NCBI GenBank assembly: GCA_965662465.1
Contig: CBFIIO010000004.1
Span: 67,500 to 131,499, forward strand
From: Planctomycetota bacterium
GTDB lineage: Bacteria > Planctomycetota > UBA1135 > UBA2386
Length of the DNA stretch: 64,000 nucleotides
Reading direction: 5' to 3'
The position numbers were made by a program, and so were the translations under genes. Below the pieces are notes generated by a model. That model saw only the letters and a program-made list of their open reading frames with translations. It made no database searches and had not been told where the DNA came from. Below are positions 1-8,141 of this stretch, one piece after another; positions within the stretch are counted from its first letter, which is position 1, and the number at the start of each line of letters is the position of its first letter.

Positions 1-426
1 CCGTAACGGTGGCAGTTTGCCCTCTAGTAGCGATGCGCGTCGAAACGACTCCAGTGCGTATAGACCCCAGTTGCGCTGCATCGATCGCAACCACTTGGCA
101 CCATCGCCGATCGACTGAATGCGTCGCTGCTGCAAGTCAAACCAAGTGTTTGCAGCCCACCACTCGGCTTCATCACACGACTCACTAGCAAGCACTAAGC
201 GCTCGCGAACAGCAACCACTCGCGAACCTAACGCCGCAACGATGGGATCGACAAATCCCGGGGCAGCCAAGTAGGCAACAGTTGCAGCGCTTAGGTCAGT
301 AGCAGTCACGGGCAGCGAGCCTAACGAAGAAACAACGCCGCCACGAGACGATTCGTCCAGCAACGGCTTTCCAACCAAATTCAGCAGCCCCCAATGACGG
401 TCGGCCGACCGATATCCCAGAGTCAT
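1..426 (-). CDS. hypothetical protein, N-terminal part only (ORF runs off the left edge)
   Basis: Absent from the supplied track because it is truncated. ATG at 426-424 (minus) is followed by 142 sense codons with no stop down to position 1 (MTLGYRSADRHWGLLNLVGKPLLDE...). It lies 37 nt downstream of the 464..1069 gene on the same strand. No family recognised. Confidence 0.45.
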   Translation of the reverse strand, partial: MTLGYRSADRHWGLLNLVGKPLLDESSRGGVVSSLGSLPVTATDLSAATVAYLAAPGFVDPIVAALGSRVVAVRERLVLASESCDEAEWWAANTWFDLQQRRIQSIGDGAKWLRSMQRNWGLYALESFRRASLLEGKLPPLR

Positions 427-463
427 GAAAAAGCAAATGCCGACCCCGGAAGCCAGAGGCCAT

Positions 464-1069
464 CTAGTTGCTCTCTGGCACAACCGGCAAAGTTGGCGGC
501 CTCTTGACCGCATCATCGCCAAAAATATCGATCATGAAGATGCCAAGCGTGAAGTCGACAAACTCAGCCAGATTGAACCCCACATGCGCCTGCCAAAACA
601 AAGGTGCCAGGCCCACTTCGACACCAAAAGCATCCACCGCCCGCTGTGCTGGAGTCAGCGCAAATGGACTGCCATCATCAAGATCGAACACGTCCGCGAT
701 GAATAACCATGACGTGACATCGTCAAAGCCGTTTGGATTTGCCACATGGTCGCCAGTTGTTCCAGTGGCAATCAATCGTGAGATGTCTTGGCCGTAGCCG
801 ATCGGACCGAGCGTCGTGAATGGAATACCTGTGCCATGATTGGTCAGCGTGTAGCCAGGCTTTTGCCACCAAGTGTCTTTGCCGTAGCCGTATTCGGAAT
901 ACCAGCCGCCCACGACGGCCGCGACTGGACCTATCTTTATGTCTGCCCCAGCCCCAAACGCATCGCTCTGCCAGCGATAGATGAAGCAATCACCTAGATC
1001 TGTCAGCCGCGAATCGACGTAACGACAAGCACCAAACGGCAACAACAACAAAAGAGCTAGGCCACGCAT
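464..1069 (-). CDS. secreted hypothetical protein (201 aa)
   Basis: Track ORF 464..1303 trimmed to the internal ATG at 1069, which gives a signal peptide (MRGLALLLLLPFGAC). The longer form would overlap pta on the opposite strand. The mature part is aromatic/Gly-rich. No family recognised with confidence. Confidence 0.6.
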   Translation of the reverse strand: MRGLALLLLLPFGACRYVDSRLTDLGDCFIYRWQSDAFGAGADIKIGPVAAVVGGWYSEYGYGKDTWWQKPGYTLTNHGTGIPFTTLGPIGYGQDISRLIATGTTGDHVANPNGFDDVTSWLFIADVFDLDDGSPFALTPAQRAVDAFGVEVGLAPLFWQAHVGFNLAEFVDFTLGIFMIDIFGDDAVKRPPTLPVVPESN

Positions 1070-1074
1070 TGGGA

Positions 1075-1093
1075 CTGTTCTACTTGAGAACAG
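1075..1093. promoter_or_regulatory. 7-5-7 inverted repeat CTGTTCT-ACTTG-AGAACAG in a 48-bp divergent spacer (candidate operator)
   Basis: Perfect 7-bp arms read directly from the sequence. It sits between ATG 1069 (minus gene) and ATG 1118 (pta). Function is not demonstrated. Confidence 0.3.
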
Positions 1094-1117
1094 GCCTTCG
1101 CTGCTACCATTCAAGGA

Positions 1118-2029
1118 ATGAGTGATGTCTTGGATCAACTCCGTAATCGCAGCAAACAGCGCAATGCACGCATCGTGCTTCCCGAAACTGGTGATGAACG
1201 CTCGCGAGCAGCTCGCGAGCAAATCGAACGTGAAGGTCTCGGCCAAGTCGTTTGGGTCGACGACCCCCAATCCGATTCGCGATTTGACGAGGTTGCAGCA
1301 CATGTCTTAGCCCGCCGACAGCACAAGGGCGTCACCAGGGAACAAGCGCATGAACTAGCCACGCAACCACTCATATTCGGCGCTGGACTGCTTGCCCTAG
1401 GCCACGCAGATTGTGGCGTCAGCGGTGCTGCACATTCGACAGCGGATGTGATTCGAGCTGGCTTGATCTGCCTCGGCACCGCCCCAGCGACGCCTTTGGT
1501 GTCATCGATGTTCTTACTCGTACGCGATGACCAAGTGTTGTCATTCGCAGACTGTGGAGTGATCCCCGATCCAAGCGCCGAGCAGCTAGTTCACATCGCG
1601 AAGTCAACCGCCACCAATCACCGCTTATTTACGAACCAAAAGCCGCGCGTCGCGTTCTTGTCTTTTAGCACGCATGGCAGTGCTCAGCATGAAAGCGTCG
1701 ACAAGATGCGGGCTGCTTACGAGCAGTTCCATAAAGTTCACCCCGACATCCTTGCCGACGGTGAGCTGCAATTCGACGCGGCTACCATTCCATCCGTTGC
1801 TGAGCGCAAATGCCCAGACAGCGCTTTGGCAGGGGACGCCAACGTGTTTTTGTTCCCGAATCTCGACGCCGGCAACATCGCCTACAAGCTCACCGAACGA
1901 TTAGCAGGCTTCGAGGCATATGGCCCACTCCTGCAAGGCCTAAGCAAACCGTGGCTCGACTTGTCGCGCGGCTGTTCAGCCGAGGACATTGTAGGAGTCG
2001 CCACCATCGCCAGCGCCATGGTCGACTAA
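1118..2029 (+). CDS. pta: phosphate acetyltransferase (short, catalytic-domain-only form)
   Basis: 303 aa. Phosphate acetyl/butyryl transferase motifs seen by eye: ARIVLPETGDERS, SFSTHGSAQH, ANVFLFPNLDAGNIAYKL, LQGLSKPWLDLSRGCS. Confidence 0.85.
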   Translation: MSDVLDQLRNRSKQRNARIVLPETGDERSRAAREQIEREGLGQVVWVDDPQSDSRFDEVAAHVLARRQHKGVTREQAHELATQPLIFGAGLLALGHADCGVSGAAHSTADVIRAGLICLGTAPATPLVSSMFLLVRDDQVLSFADCGVIPDPSAEQLVHIAKSTATNHRLFTNQKPRVAFLSFSTHGSAQHESVDKMRAAYEQFHKVHPDILADGELQFDAATIPSVAERKCPDSALAGDANVFLFPNLDAGNIAYKLTERLAGFEAYGPLLQGLSKPWLDLSRGCSAEDIVGVATIASAMVD

Positions 2030-2072
2030 TCCGCAGTCGACCGGCGTACAGCCAGTCACAGCTACAGGCACC

Positions 2073-2222
2073 CCGCCAACTCAGTAACCTGAGTTGGTTA
2101 CACCGCCAACTCAGAAGCCTGAGTTGGTTACACCCGCCAACTCAGAAGCCTGAGTTGGTTGCACCGCCAACTCAGTAACCTGAGTTGGTTACACCCGCCA
2201 ACTCAGAAGCCTGAGTTGGTTA
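2073..2222. repeat. tandem array of 5 hairpin units (period 30-31 bp), REP/BIME-like or stacked bidirectional terminators
   Basis: The unit is GCCAACTCAG-NNNN-CTGAGTTGGTTACAC(C)C. The 9-bp stems CCAACTCAG/CTGAGTTGG start at 2076, 2106, 2137, 2167 and 2198. Loops are TAAC (units 1 and 4) or AAGC (units 2, 3 and 5). The array lies between convergent pta (ends 2029) and the 2203..3309 gene. Confidence 0.9.
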
Positions 2223-3309
2223 CCAAGTAGACCGCAAAGCTGCCTAGCCAATGGCCACCTTCGTAATGATCTCCGAAGACTGCGTCTAAGCCGGCGACAC
2301 GATGCGCGGCAGCAGTCTTAAGAACGGCATTTGTGCGCACATCGTACGGGCCTAGACCCTGCGCAATGCCCTCTAGCATCCAAGCACGGGATAAGTTTAG
2401 GCCATCGAGGTGAGCCAGTTTGCCGTCAGACTTATCGGTAACTTCGGCCGGCGTAAGCTCAAAATGCTCGGTCATCCCCGGCAAGAAACCACCGAGCCAA
2501 TCGCCAAACTGCTCGCTCGAATACACCCGACGCATCAAGTCGGCTTCAGCGAGGCCTGGAGACAGAAAGTCTTGGCCACCCGGCTCAAACGCGAGGTTCC
2601 AATTGCGGTCCTGCCCGTAGAAACCTTTCGAGATCTCAACGATGCGCTGCTCAAACTCGACGTCACCGGAGTTGCGCGCCCAATCCAGCATCAATCCCAT
2701 CGCAAACGCAGTCTGACTGTGTTCGCCAGTTCGGATGGGGTGACTCAGCTTTGGCAGCCAAGAGCTCAAACGATCACGCACAACGATCGTGAGAGGACGC
2801 AAAGCAGCGGACCACTGCTCGGCATCTCCGTCACTCCAACTGCGTAACTCCGAATCAAGCTGCAGCAACCAAGCAAGTCCGTATGGACGCTCCCATGATG
2901 CCCGGCCCTTGCCACGGATATGGGCGACCTCCGCCTCGATATTGGCAACTGTCAGCGAGCGACCAAGTGCTTTGCGTGCGACCGCGACAAACTCTGCATC
3001 AGGAAACTGACGTATCAACCGCACCAACAACCAATGACCGTGCACAGACGAATGCCAGTCAAAGCAACCATAGAACGCGGGCGTCAGCTCACGAGGCGGC
3101 TTCGCATCCTCATCGGACTGCATTACATGGCTAATCTTATTGGGATACTCGCGATGCACGCAGCCGAGCGCCAACTCCGCGAACTGACTAGCGTATGCCG
3201 CTGTGAGATCCGGTCCCGAGTAGAACTTCTCGCTAGCCGGCGACTGCCAAGACGCACACGCAGATACGACGACCGCAAGAACAACGACAACGACTGATGG
3301 CAAACGCAT
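2203..3309 (-). CDS. DUF2891 family protein (lipoprotein-type signal)
   Basis: 368 aa. The N-terminus VVVVLAVVVSAC looks like a lipoprotein signal. The YGCFDWHSSVHGHWLL motif is typical of DUF2891. The last six codons and the stop lie inside hairpin unit 5. The start is 9 nt after the rlmN stop. Confidence 0.7.
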   Translation of the reverse strand: MRLPSVVVVVLAVVVSACASWQSPASEKFYSGPDLTAAYASQFAELALGCVHREYPNKISHVMQSDEDAKPPRELTPAFYGCFDWHSSVHGHWLLVRLIRQFPDAEFVAVARKALGRSLTVANIEAEVAHIRGKGRASWERPYGLAWLLQLDSELRSWSDGDAEQWSAALRPLTIVVRDRLSSWLPKLSHPIRTGEHSQTAFAMGLMLDWARNSGDVEFEQRIVEISKGFYGQDRNWNLAFEPGGQDFLSPGLAEADLMRRVYSSEQFGDWLGGFLPGMTEHFELTPAEVTDKSDGKLAHLDGLNLSRAWMLEGIAQGLGPYDVRTNAVLKTAAAHRVAGLDAVFGDHYEGGHWLGSFAVYLVTNSGF

Positions 3310-3318
3310 GGGTAGTTT

Positions 3319-4356
3319 TTAGACGCGATTACGTAGACGCAGCTGACCACAAGCTGCTTGTGCATCAGGACCAGACGAATCACGGATCTTGGCAAGGATG
3401 CCCCGCGCCTTCACAGCGTTGACCATCGCGACGATGCGATCACGATCTGGCGCCGAAAACGACAAACCGTCGACTGCGTTGTAAACAATGAAGTTCACAT
3501 ACCCGCGCACGCCCTGCAATAGGTCACACAGCTGCTCCACGTCCTCGTCACTATCATTGATGCCACGCAGTAGCGTCCACTCGAACTGGATTGGTGTGCC
3601 CACGTCGCGACCATAAGCATCGGCAGCCGCAATGATGTCAATGAGCGGATCCTTGTGAGCGCGCGGCAACAACTCAGACCGGCGATCTTCATTCGCAGTA
3701 TGTAGCGACAAAGCTAGACAGGGGCGCACGGCTGCAGCACGCATCTTCTCAAGCGGCTTGACACCACCAACAGTCGACAGAGTTTGTCGTCGCGGGGAGA
3801 TCATCAGCTCTTCTTTCATTCGAGCGACAGCCGACAACACGTTATCGAGATTGTGCGACGGCTCCCCCATGCCCATGTAGACAACACGCTCAATTGGCAT
3901 CAAGCGGCGCGCATGCACGACCTGCTCGACAATTTCATCGGTCGAAAGATTACGCTCGACACCAAACAACCCCGAAGCACAAAACTTGCAGCCAACTGCA
4001 CAACCGACCTGACTCGAAACGCAACACGCACCAACAGGCATTGCCACGGTCTCGACCTTCTTGCCGTCCGCCAGCTCAAGCAACAGTTTGATTGTGCCGT
4101 CCTGAGAGTGGGTCGTCACGTCAACCTTGGTGTGCAAGCCTCTGTCGAGCCACTGAGACAGCAGATCTAACTCGCCTGCAGAAAGGGTCAGCCCCATATG
4201 GTCGAACTGCAGCGCTACCGACTCCTTAACAAATTCACTGCCTCCCAGACGGCCTTGCGCGACCAACCTGCGTGCCAACAGAGCTTTCGGCCGTGACAAT
4301 ACCGAAGCAATACCAGTCAGGCCTATGCTCGGCTTAACAACTGACTCGTCAATCAT
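3319..4356 (-). CDS. rlmN: radical-SAM 23S rRNA/tRNA adenine-C2 methyltransferase (RlmN/Cfr family)
   Basis: 345 aa. Motifs seen: CxxxCxxC cluster in SSQVGCAVGCKFCASG, GMGEP, LALSLHTANEDRR, TLLRGINDS, and a C-terminal AACGQL. Confidence 0.85.
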   Translation of the reverse strand: MIDESVVKPSIGLTGIASVLSRPKALLARRLVAQGRLGGSEFVKESVALQFDHMGLTLSAGELDLLSQWLDRGLHTKVDVTTHSQDGTIKLLLELADGKKVETVAMPVGACCVSSQVGCAVGCKFCASGLFGVERNLSTDEIVEQVVHARRLMPIERVVYMGMGEPSHNLDNVLSAVARMKEELMISPRRQTLSTVGGVKPLEKMRAAAVRPCLALSLHTANEDRRSELLPRAHKDPLIDIIAAADAYGRDVGTPIQFEWTLLRGINDSDEDVEQLCDLLQGVRGYVNFIVYNAVDGLSFSAPDRDRIVAMVNAVKARGILAKIRDSSGPDAQAACGQLRLRNRV

Positions 4357-4484
4357 CTCGCTTGATTGCCCAATGCGTAGATTCTTGCTACTTGGAACTC
4401 ATCGTCTCGGACGTTCGACTTGGCCAACGACAGGGTCTTGCACTCTTCCAATGACTGATTTGGGTTACTCGAATCCATTACAAC

Positions 4485-5006
4485 CTAGCTTTCCTTAGCG
4501 TCAGTCGGGACCACCACTACGAGCTCAGCTCCTTGATCCACTGTTGCTCCCGCCTCCGTAGCAACTGCCTCAACAGTGCCAGCAATTCCAGCAGTCAACT
4601 TGTGCTCCATCTTCATCGCAGAGACAACGACAAGAGTTTGGTCAGCCTCAACGACCTCGCCTGGCTGGCACATTACTTCGAGAACCGTGCCAGTCATCGG
4701 AGAGCGGACCGTCCCATCAGAAGCCCCGCCGCCACCGCCGCCACGACGAGACACCGGCGCTTCGAGGCCATGGGTCACGCCATCCACACGCACCATATAG
4801 CTCTGTTGCGAACCGGCACCGTAGGCGACGCTACCTTTTTGGTTATCGCCTAGCCGTTGGATGCGAACGCCACCATCAGCAAGCGCCCGCGCATCGTATT
4901 CGTAGGTATTGTCGCCAACTCGCACGCGATAACAATCACCGTCGACGTAGTCGACGGTGACGACGACAGTCTCACCGTCCCGAACAAACTCACGTGAAAT
5001 TTTCAT
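4485..5006 (-). CDS. biotin carboxyl carrier (biotinyl/lipoyl) domain protein
   Basis: Track ORF 4485..5126 trimmed to the ATG at 5006 (MKISREF...), which overlaps the upstream stop as ATGA. It has the biotinylation motif VVSAMKMEH and a Gly-rich linker before the domain. Confidence 0.8.
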   Translation of the reverse strand: MKISREFVRDGETVVVTVDYVDGDCYRVRVGDNTYEYDARALADGGVRIQRLGDNQKGSVAYGAGSQQSYMVRVDGVTHGLEAPVSRRGGGGGGASDGTVRSPMTGTVLEVMCQPGEVVEADQTLVVVSAMKMEHKLTAGIAGTVEAVATEAGATVDQGAELVVVVPTDAKES

Positions 5007-6541
5007 CGCGTTCCCCCAAAGAGTCGAAAGCTCGGCAAGTCTTGCCAAGCGGCAGTAGAGCCCTGTGAAGAAGCGCCTGCGCTGGGTGCGCCTCCACCGA
5101 CTGACTGACCAGCTAACGCCTGACATAAAGCAGCCGCTGCCAGCACATGATCATCAGGTGCTGCTTCATCACCGGCAGCTAACTCAGGCCGCTGAGAAAG
5201 CATTTCTGTGCTGATCTCTGCTGTACGGAAGGCCTCATCGTCAACGATACGCCGCAAGAAGTCGACGTTGGTCGGGATACCAAGATAGACCGTATCACGC
5301 AGTGCAAGACTCAATCGTTCGCATGCCGTTGCACGATCCGGCGCCCAAACGATCAGCTTGGCGAGCATTGAGTCGTAATATGGCGGAACCTCCCAACCAG
5401 TATAAACGCCACTATCGACACGAATCCCGGGACCATGTGCTTCGCGGACCAGTTCCAGCAGTCCAGCAGCCGGGATGTAACCTTGCTCAGGCGACTCGGC
5501 GCATATACGCGCCTCGATAGCATGACCACGCGGAGTCAAGTCAACGCCTGCGAGCAAGTCTGCGAGCTTCCCGCCTGCAGCAACATGCAACTGTAAATGC
5601 ACGAGGTCGACTCCGGTTACCAACTCAGTCACAGGGTGCTCAACCTGCAAGCGCGTATTCACTTCGAGGAAGTAGAACTCACCATTGCTATCCAACAAAA
5701 ACTCGCATGTGCCAGCATTGTCGTAACCAACTCTCTTGGCGAGATCGATCGCCGCATCGCCCATGCGTTGACGGAGTTCGTCACTAACGACTGCAGAAGG
5801 GGCTTCTTCTAGCACCTTTTGATGGCGGCGCTGCACCGAGCATTCGCGCTCATGCAGAGACACCACGTGACCATGCTTATCAGCAATGAACTGAATCTCA
5901 ATGTGGCGAGCCGGGAAGACCGCACGCTCGACGATCATCCGATCATCGCCAAAGGAATCTCGCGCTTCACGACGACTGGCAGCCATTGCTTTTGCCAGTT
6001 CCTCCTCGTGCTCAACACGCCGCATACCCCGACCACCGCCACCGGCACTTGCCTTGAGCATGACGGGCATACCAATCTGCTTGGCGACTTCGATCAACTT
6101 CTCATCACCCAGGTCTTGCTCCGTTCCCGGGATCACAGGCACGCCAGCCGCTACTGCCTCTTCTCTTGCAGCTTTTTTGCCACCAAGGCGGTCCATCGCG
6201 TCAGCATTAGGACCAATGAAGACTAGGCCAGCTTTGTGCACCGCGCGAACAAACGCACTGTTCTCACTAAGGAATCCATAACCAGGATGAATTGCCTCTG
6301 CGCCAGTCGACTTTGCAGCCGCCAGAACCTTTTCAATATCAAGGTAGCTCTCCGCAGCGGTATTGCCGCCTAGAGCAAAAGTGTGGTCAGCGGCGAGCAC
6401 GTGAGCGCACTTGGCATCGGCATCGCTATATATAGCAACAGACTCGATACCGAGTTCACGAAGACCACGCATGACGCGCAGCGCAATCTCGCCGCGGTTA
6501 GCCACGAGCACGCGTTGGAAGGGAGGTTGGTGTGCCATCAA
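5003..6541 (-). CDS. accC: biotin carboxylase subunit of an acyl-CoA carboxylase
   Basis: 512 aa. The N-terminus is RVLVANRGEIALRVMR, followed by ATP-grasp motifs (MLKASAGGGGRGMR, EVNTRLQVEHPVTE). A ~60-aa C-terminal extension resembles the linker of long alpha subunits. Confidence 0.9.
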   Translation of the reverse strand: MMAHQPPFQRVLVANRGEIALRVMRGLRELGIESVAIYSDADAKCAHVLAADHTFALGGNTAAESYLDIEKVLAAAKSTGAEAIHPGYGFLSENSAFVRAVHKAGLVFIGPNADAMDRLGGKKAAREEAVAAGVPVIPGTEQDLGDEKLIEVAKQIGMPVMLKASAGGGGRGMRRVEHEEELAKAMAASRREARDSFGDDRMIVERAVFPARHIEIQFIADKHGHVVSLHERECSVQRRHQKVLEEAPSAVVSDELRQRMGDAAIDLAKRVGYDNAGTCEFLLDSNGEFYFLEVNTRLQVEHPVTELVTGVDLVHLQLHVAAGGKLADLLAGVDLTPRGHAIEARICAESPEQGYIPAAGLLELVREAHGPGIRVDSGVYTGWEVPPYYDSMLAKLIVWAPDRATACERLSLALRDTVYLGIPTNVDFLRRIVDDEAFRTAEISTEMLSQRPELAAGDEAAPDDHVLAAAALCQALAGQSVGGGAPSAGASSQGSTAAWQDLPSFRLFGGTR

Positions 6542-6586
6542 GGCGTCACACGATAGCGGGGCGGGCGCTCGCTTTCCTGCCTGGCG

Positions 6587-7945
6587 TCACTTCAGTATCA
6601 CTTCTGCTACGGGCAAAAATGTTCGGTCAAATCGTTCGACGAACTCTCGCAGGAATACTTCGGGGGAGAACACGACCGAACGCCGGATCGTTCGGCCACG
6701 CCAACTCACCGCTACCTTGACTTGGTCGCCGAGCATCTCTTTAGACAGCAATAGCCGGAACGCCGCGATGTCGCGGGCTTTGACCGTAAACTGGCCAGGC
6801 CCAGTGCGGCGGGCCTCAATACGCGGCAAGGCATCGCGCAAATACTGGTCAAGATAGGTCAAACGTCCAGCATCATCGAGCTTTCGCCACTTGCTAGCAG
6901 GCACCTTGGGCGGAAATGGCACCTTTGCCTTCCGATCATAATCCAGGACCTCCAACCAATGGTGCCTGCCAAAATCACGCCGGTGTGGCTCCCCGGCGCA
7001 GTCGGGAAACTTCACGAGGGCATCCGGGGCCGTACGCCGAGAAGCAAAGAGATCTTCCCATCCAGGCAAATTGGGATTGAGCGCATTCAGCTGACTTGCG
7101 AAGCCAAAGTGATCGGCATGCTGCGCTCCGAACTGCCTCAAGACTTCGATCGAACGGTCGACGGTACGAGTTTCGACACCATTTAGCCCCCAGCGCATGG
7201 ATAGAACCGGCACTTCCGTGATCGACTCCAGATACGCCATGTTGCTCTTGCCGTATGGATTGCCGAGGCGCGGGCTGCCGTTAGCTGGCAGTAATGCCGC
7301 AAACTGATCGGAAATACGGATACCAACATCCCAGGCCAAATCGCCACCCGCCTGTGTTCCAGCGAGCATGATCCGGTCTTCATCGACGTCGTAATGACGT
7401 CGGACAAAGCGCAAAGCACCCTGCACGAGTTCGTAGCCCTGCCGATGAAAAGACCAACCATCTTCACGGTAAGCCTCGCTCGAGTCCGTAGGCGCAACCA
7501 ACATCATTCCGTAACGATCAGCCAAGGTCGCCCACATACGCAACGAACTCGCTCCGTCACCGCCGGCAGCATGCCAGCAAAACAAAACTGGCTGCGGTCC
7601 TATTGGAGACTCCGGCTGAGTGCGAACGAGTATCTCCACATCCTGTAGGTGACCCACAACCTCGATAGGTGCCTTATAGCGAACCGTCTGATCATCAAAT
7701 CGTTCGCTTTTGCTCTTACGCAGGCGGAGCGCTTTCGACGCCGCGACCCATTGATTGAGGGGAATCGAACGCTTTACGAGCTCTCTGATCGCCGAAGCAC
7801 GCTGCCGGTATGTCGGCATATCAACAGCGGCCTGTAGCGCCGCAACTGGATATTTCGGCAGCGTTACCGCAACTGGCGCCGGCTCCTGCGGCAGCTGCTG
7901 CAAGTTGCTCGGTGACAGACACAAGATAATCACCAGGTTCAACAT
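6587..7945 (-). CDS. secreted alpha/beta-hydrolase-like protein (esterase/PHB-depolymerase-like) with an atypical nucleophile elbow
   Basis: Track ORF starts with TTG at 7969. The first ATG (7945) gives MLNLVIILCLSP. The core is VLFCWHAAGGDG ... RIMLAGTQAGGDLAW, so the G-x-S-x-G position reads G-T-Q-A-G. Confidence 0.55.
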   Translation of the reverse strand: MLNLVIILCLSPSNLQQLPQEPAPVAVTLPKYPVAALQAAVDMPTYRQRASAIRELVKRSIPLNQWVAASKALRLRKSKSERFDDQTVRYKAPIEVVGHLQDVEILVRTQPESPIGPQPVLFCWHAAGGDGASSLRMWATLADRYGMMLVAPTDSSEAYREDGWSFHRQGYELVQGALRFVRRHYDVDEDRIMLAGTQAGGDLAWDVGIRISDQFAALLPANGSPRLGNPYGKSNMAYLESITEVPVLSMRWGLNGVETRTVDRSIEVLRQFGAQHADHFGFASQLNALNPNLPGWEDLFASRRTAPDALVKFPDCAGEPHRRDFGRHHWLEVLDYDRKAKVPFPPKVPASKWRKLDDAGRLTYLDQYLRDALPRIEARRTGPGQFTVKARDIAAFRLLLSKEMLGDQVKVAVSWRGRTIRRSVVFSPEVFLREFVERFDRTFLPVAEVILK

Positions 7946-8050
7946 CGAGTTGGTTTCATGGTCTGACAATGAGCAGATGCGTCAATACCCAGCAATCGCC
8001 CGAACTACACTGGTGACAATCCAGGGCGTTGCGCCCTGCCTAGCCAAACT

Positions 8051-8064
8051 GCCAACTAGTTGGT
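8051..8064. repeat. 14-nt perfect palindrome GCCAACTAGTTGGT, identical to the outer arms of the 2073-2222 hairpin unit
   Basis: Read directly from the sequence. It lies in the divergent spacer between the 7945 (minus) and 8142 (plus) starts. A GC-rich hairpin CAGGGCG-TTG-CGCCCTG sits just upstream at 8022-8038. Confidence 0.8.
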
Positions 8065-8141
8065 GACGTATATGAACAGCCGGCCTCACTAGGCGATGCT
8101 CAGCAATAGGCAGTCTTCGCTTTCCCGTCTTTCTGTTCGAC

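Noticed and set aside
1070-1303. N-terminal 78-codon extension of track ORF 464..1303 (minus)
   Set aside because: It overlaps the well-supported pta gene on the opposite strand and lacks any signal peptide. The internal ATG at 1069 gives a clean signal peptide, so the extension is most likely not translated.
1810-2178. 122-aa plus-strand ORF running through the hairpin array
   Set aside because: It overlaps the pta 3' end out of frame. Its C-terminal half is just the translated repeat (..LSWLH..LSWLH..) and its composition is Arg-rich. I judge it spurious.
2073-2222. Possibility that the tandem hairpin array is a CRISPR array
   Set aside because: The units are 30-31 bp in total, with identical 8-9-nt linkers instead of unique 25-40-nt spacers. 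No cas genes are in the window, and the array overlaps a gene end. It is not a CRISPR array.
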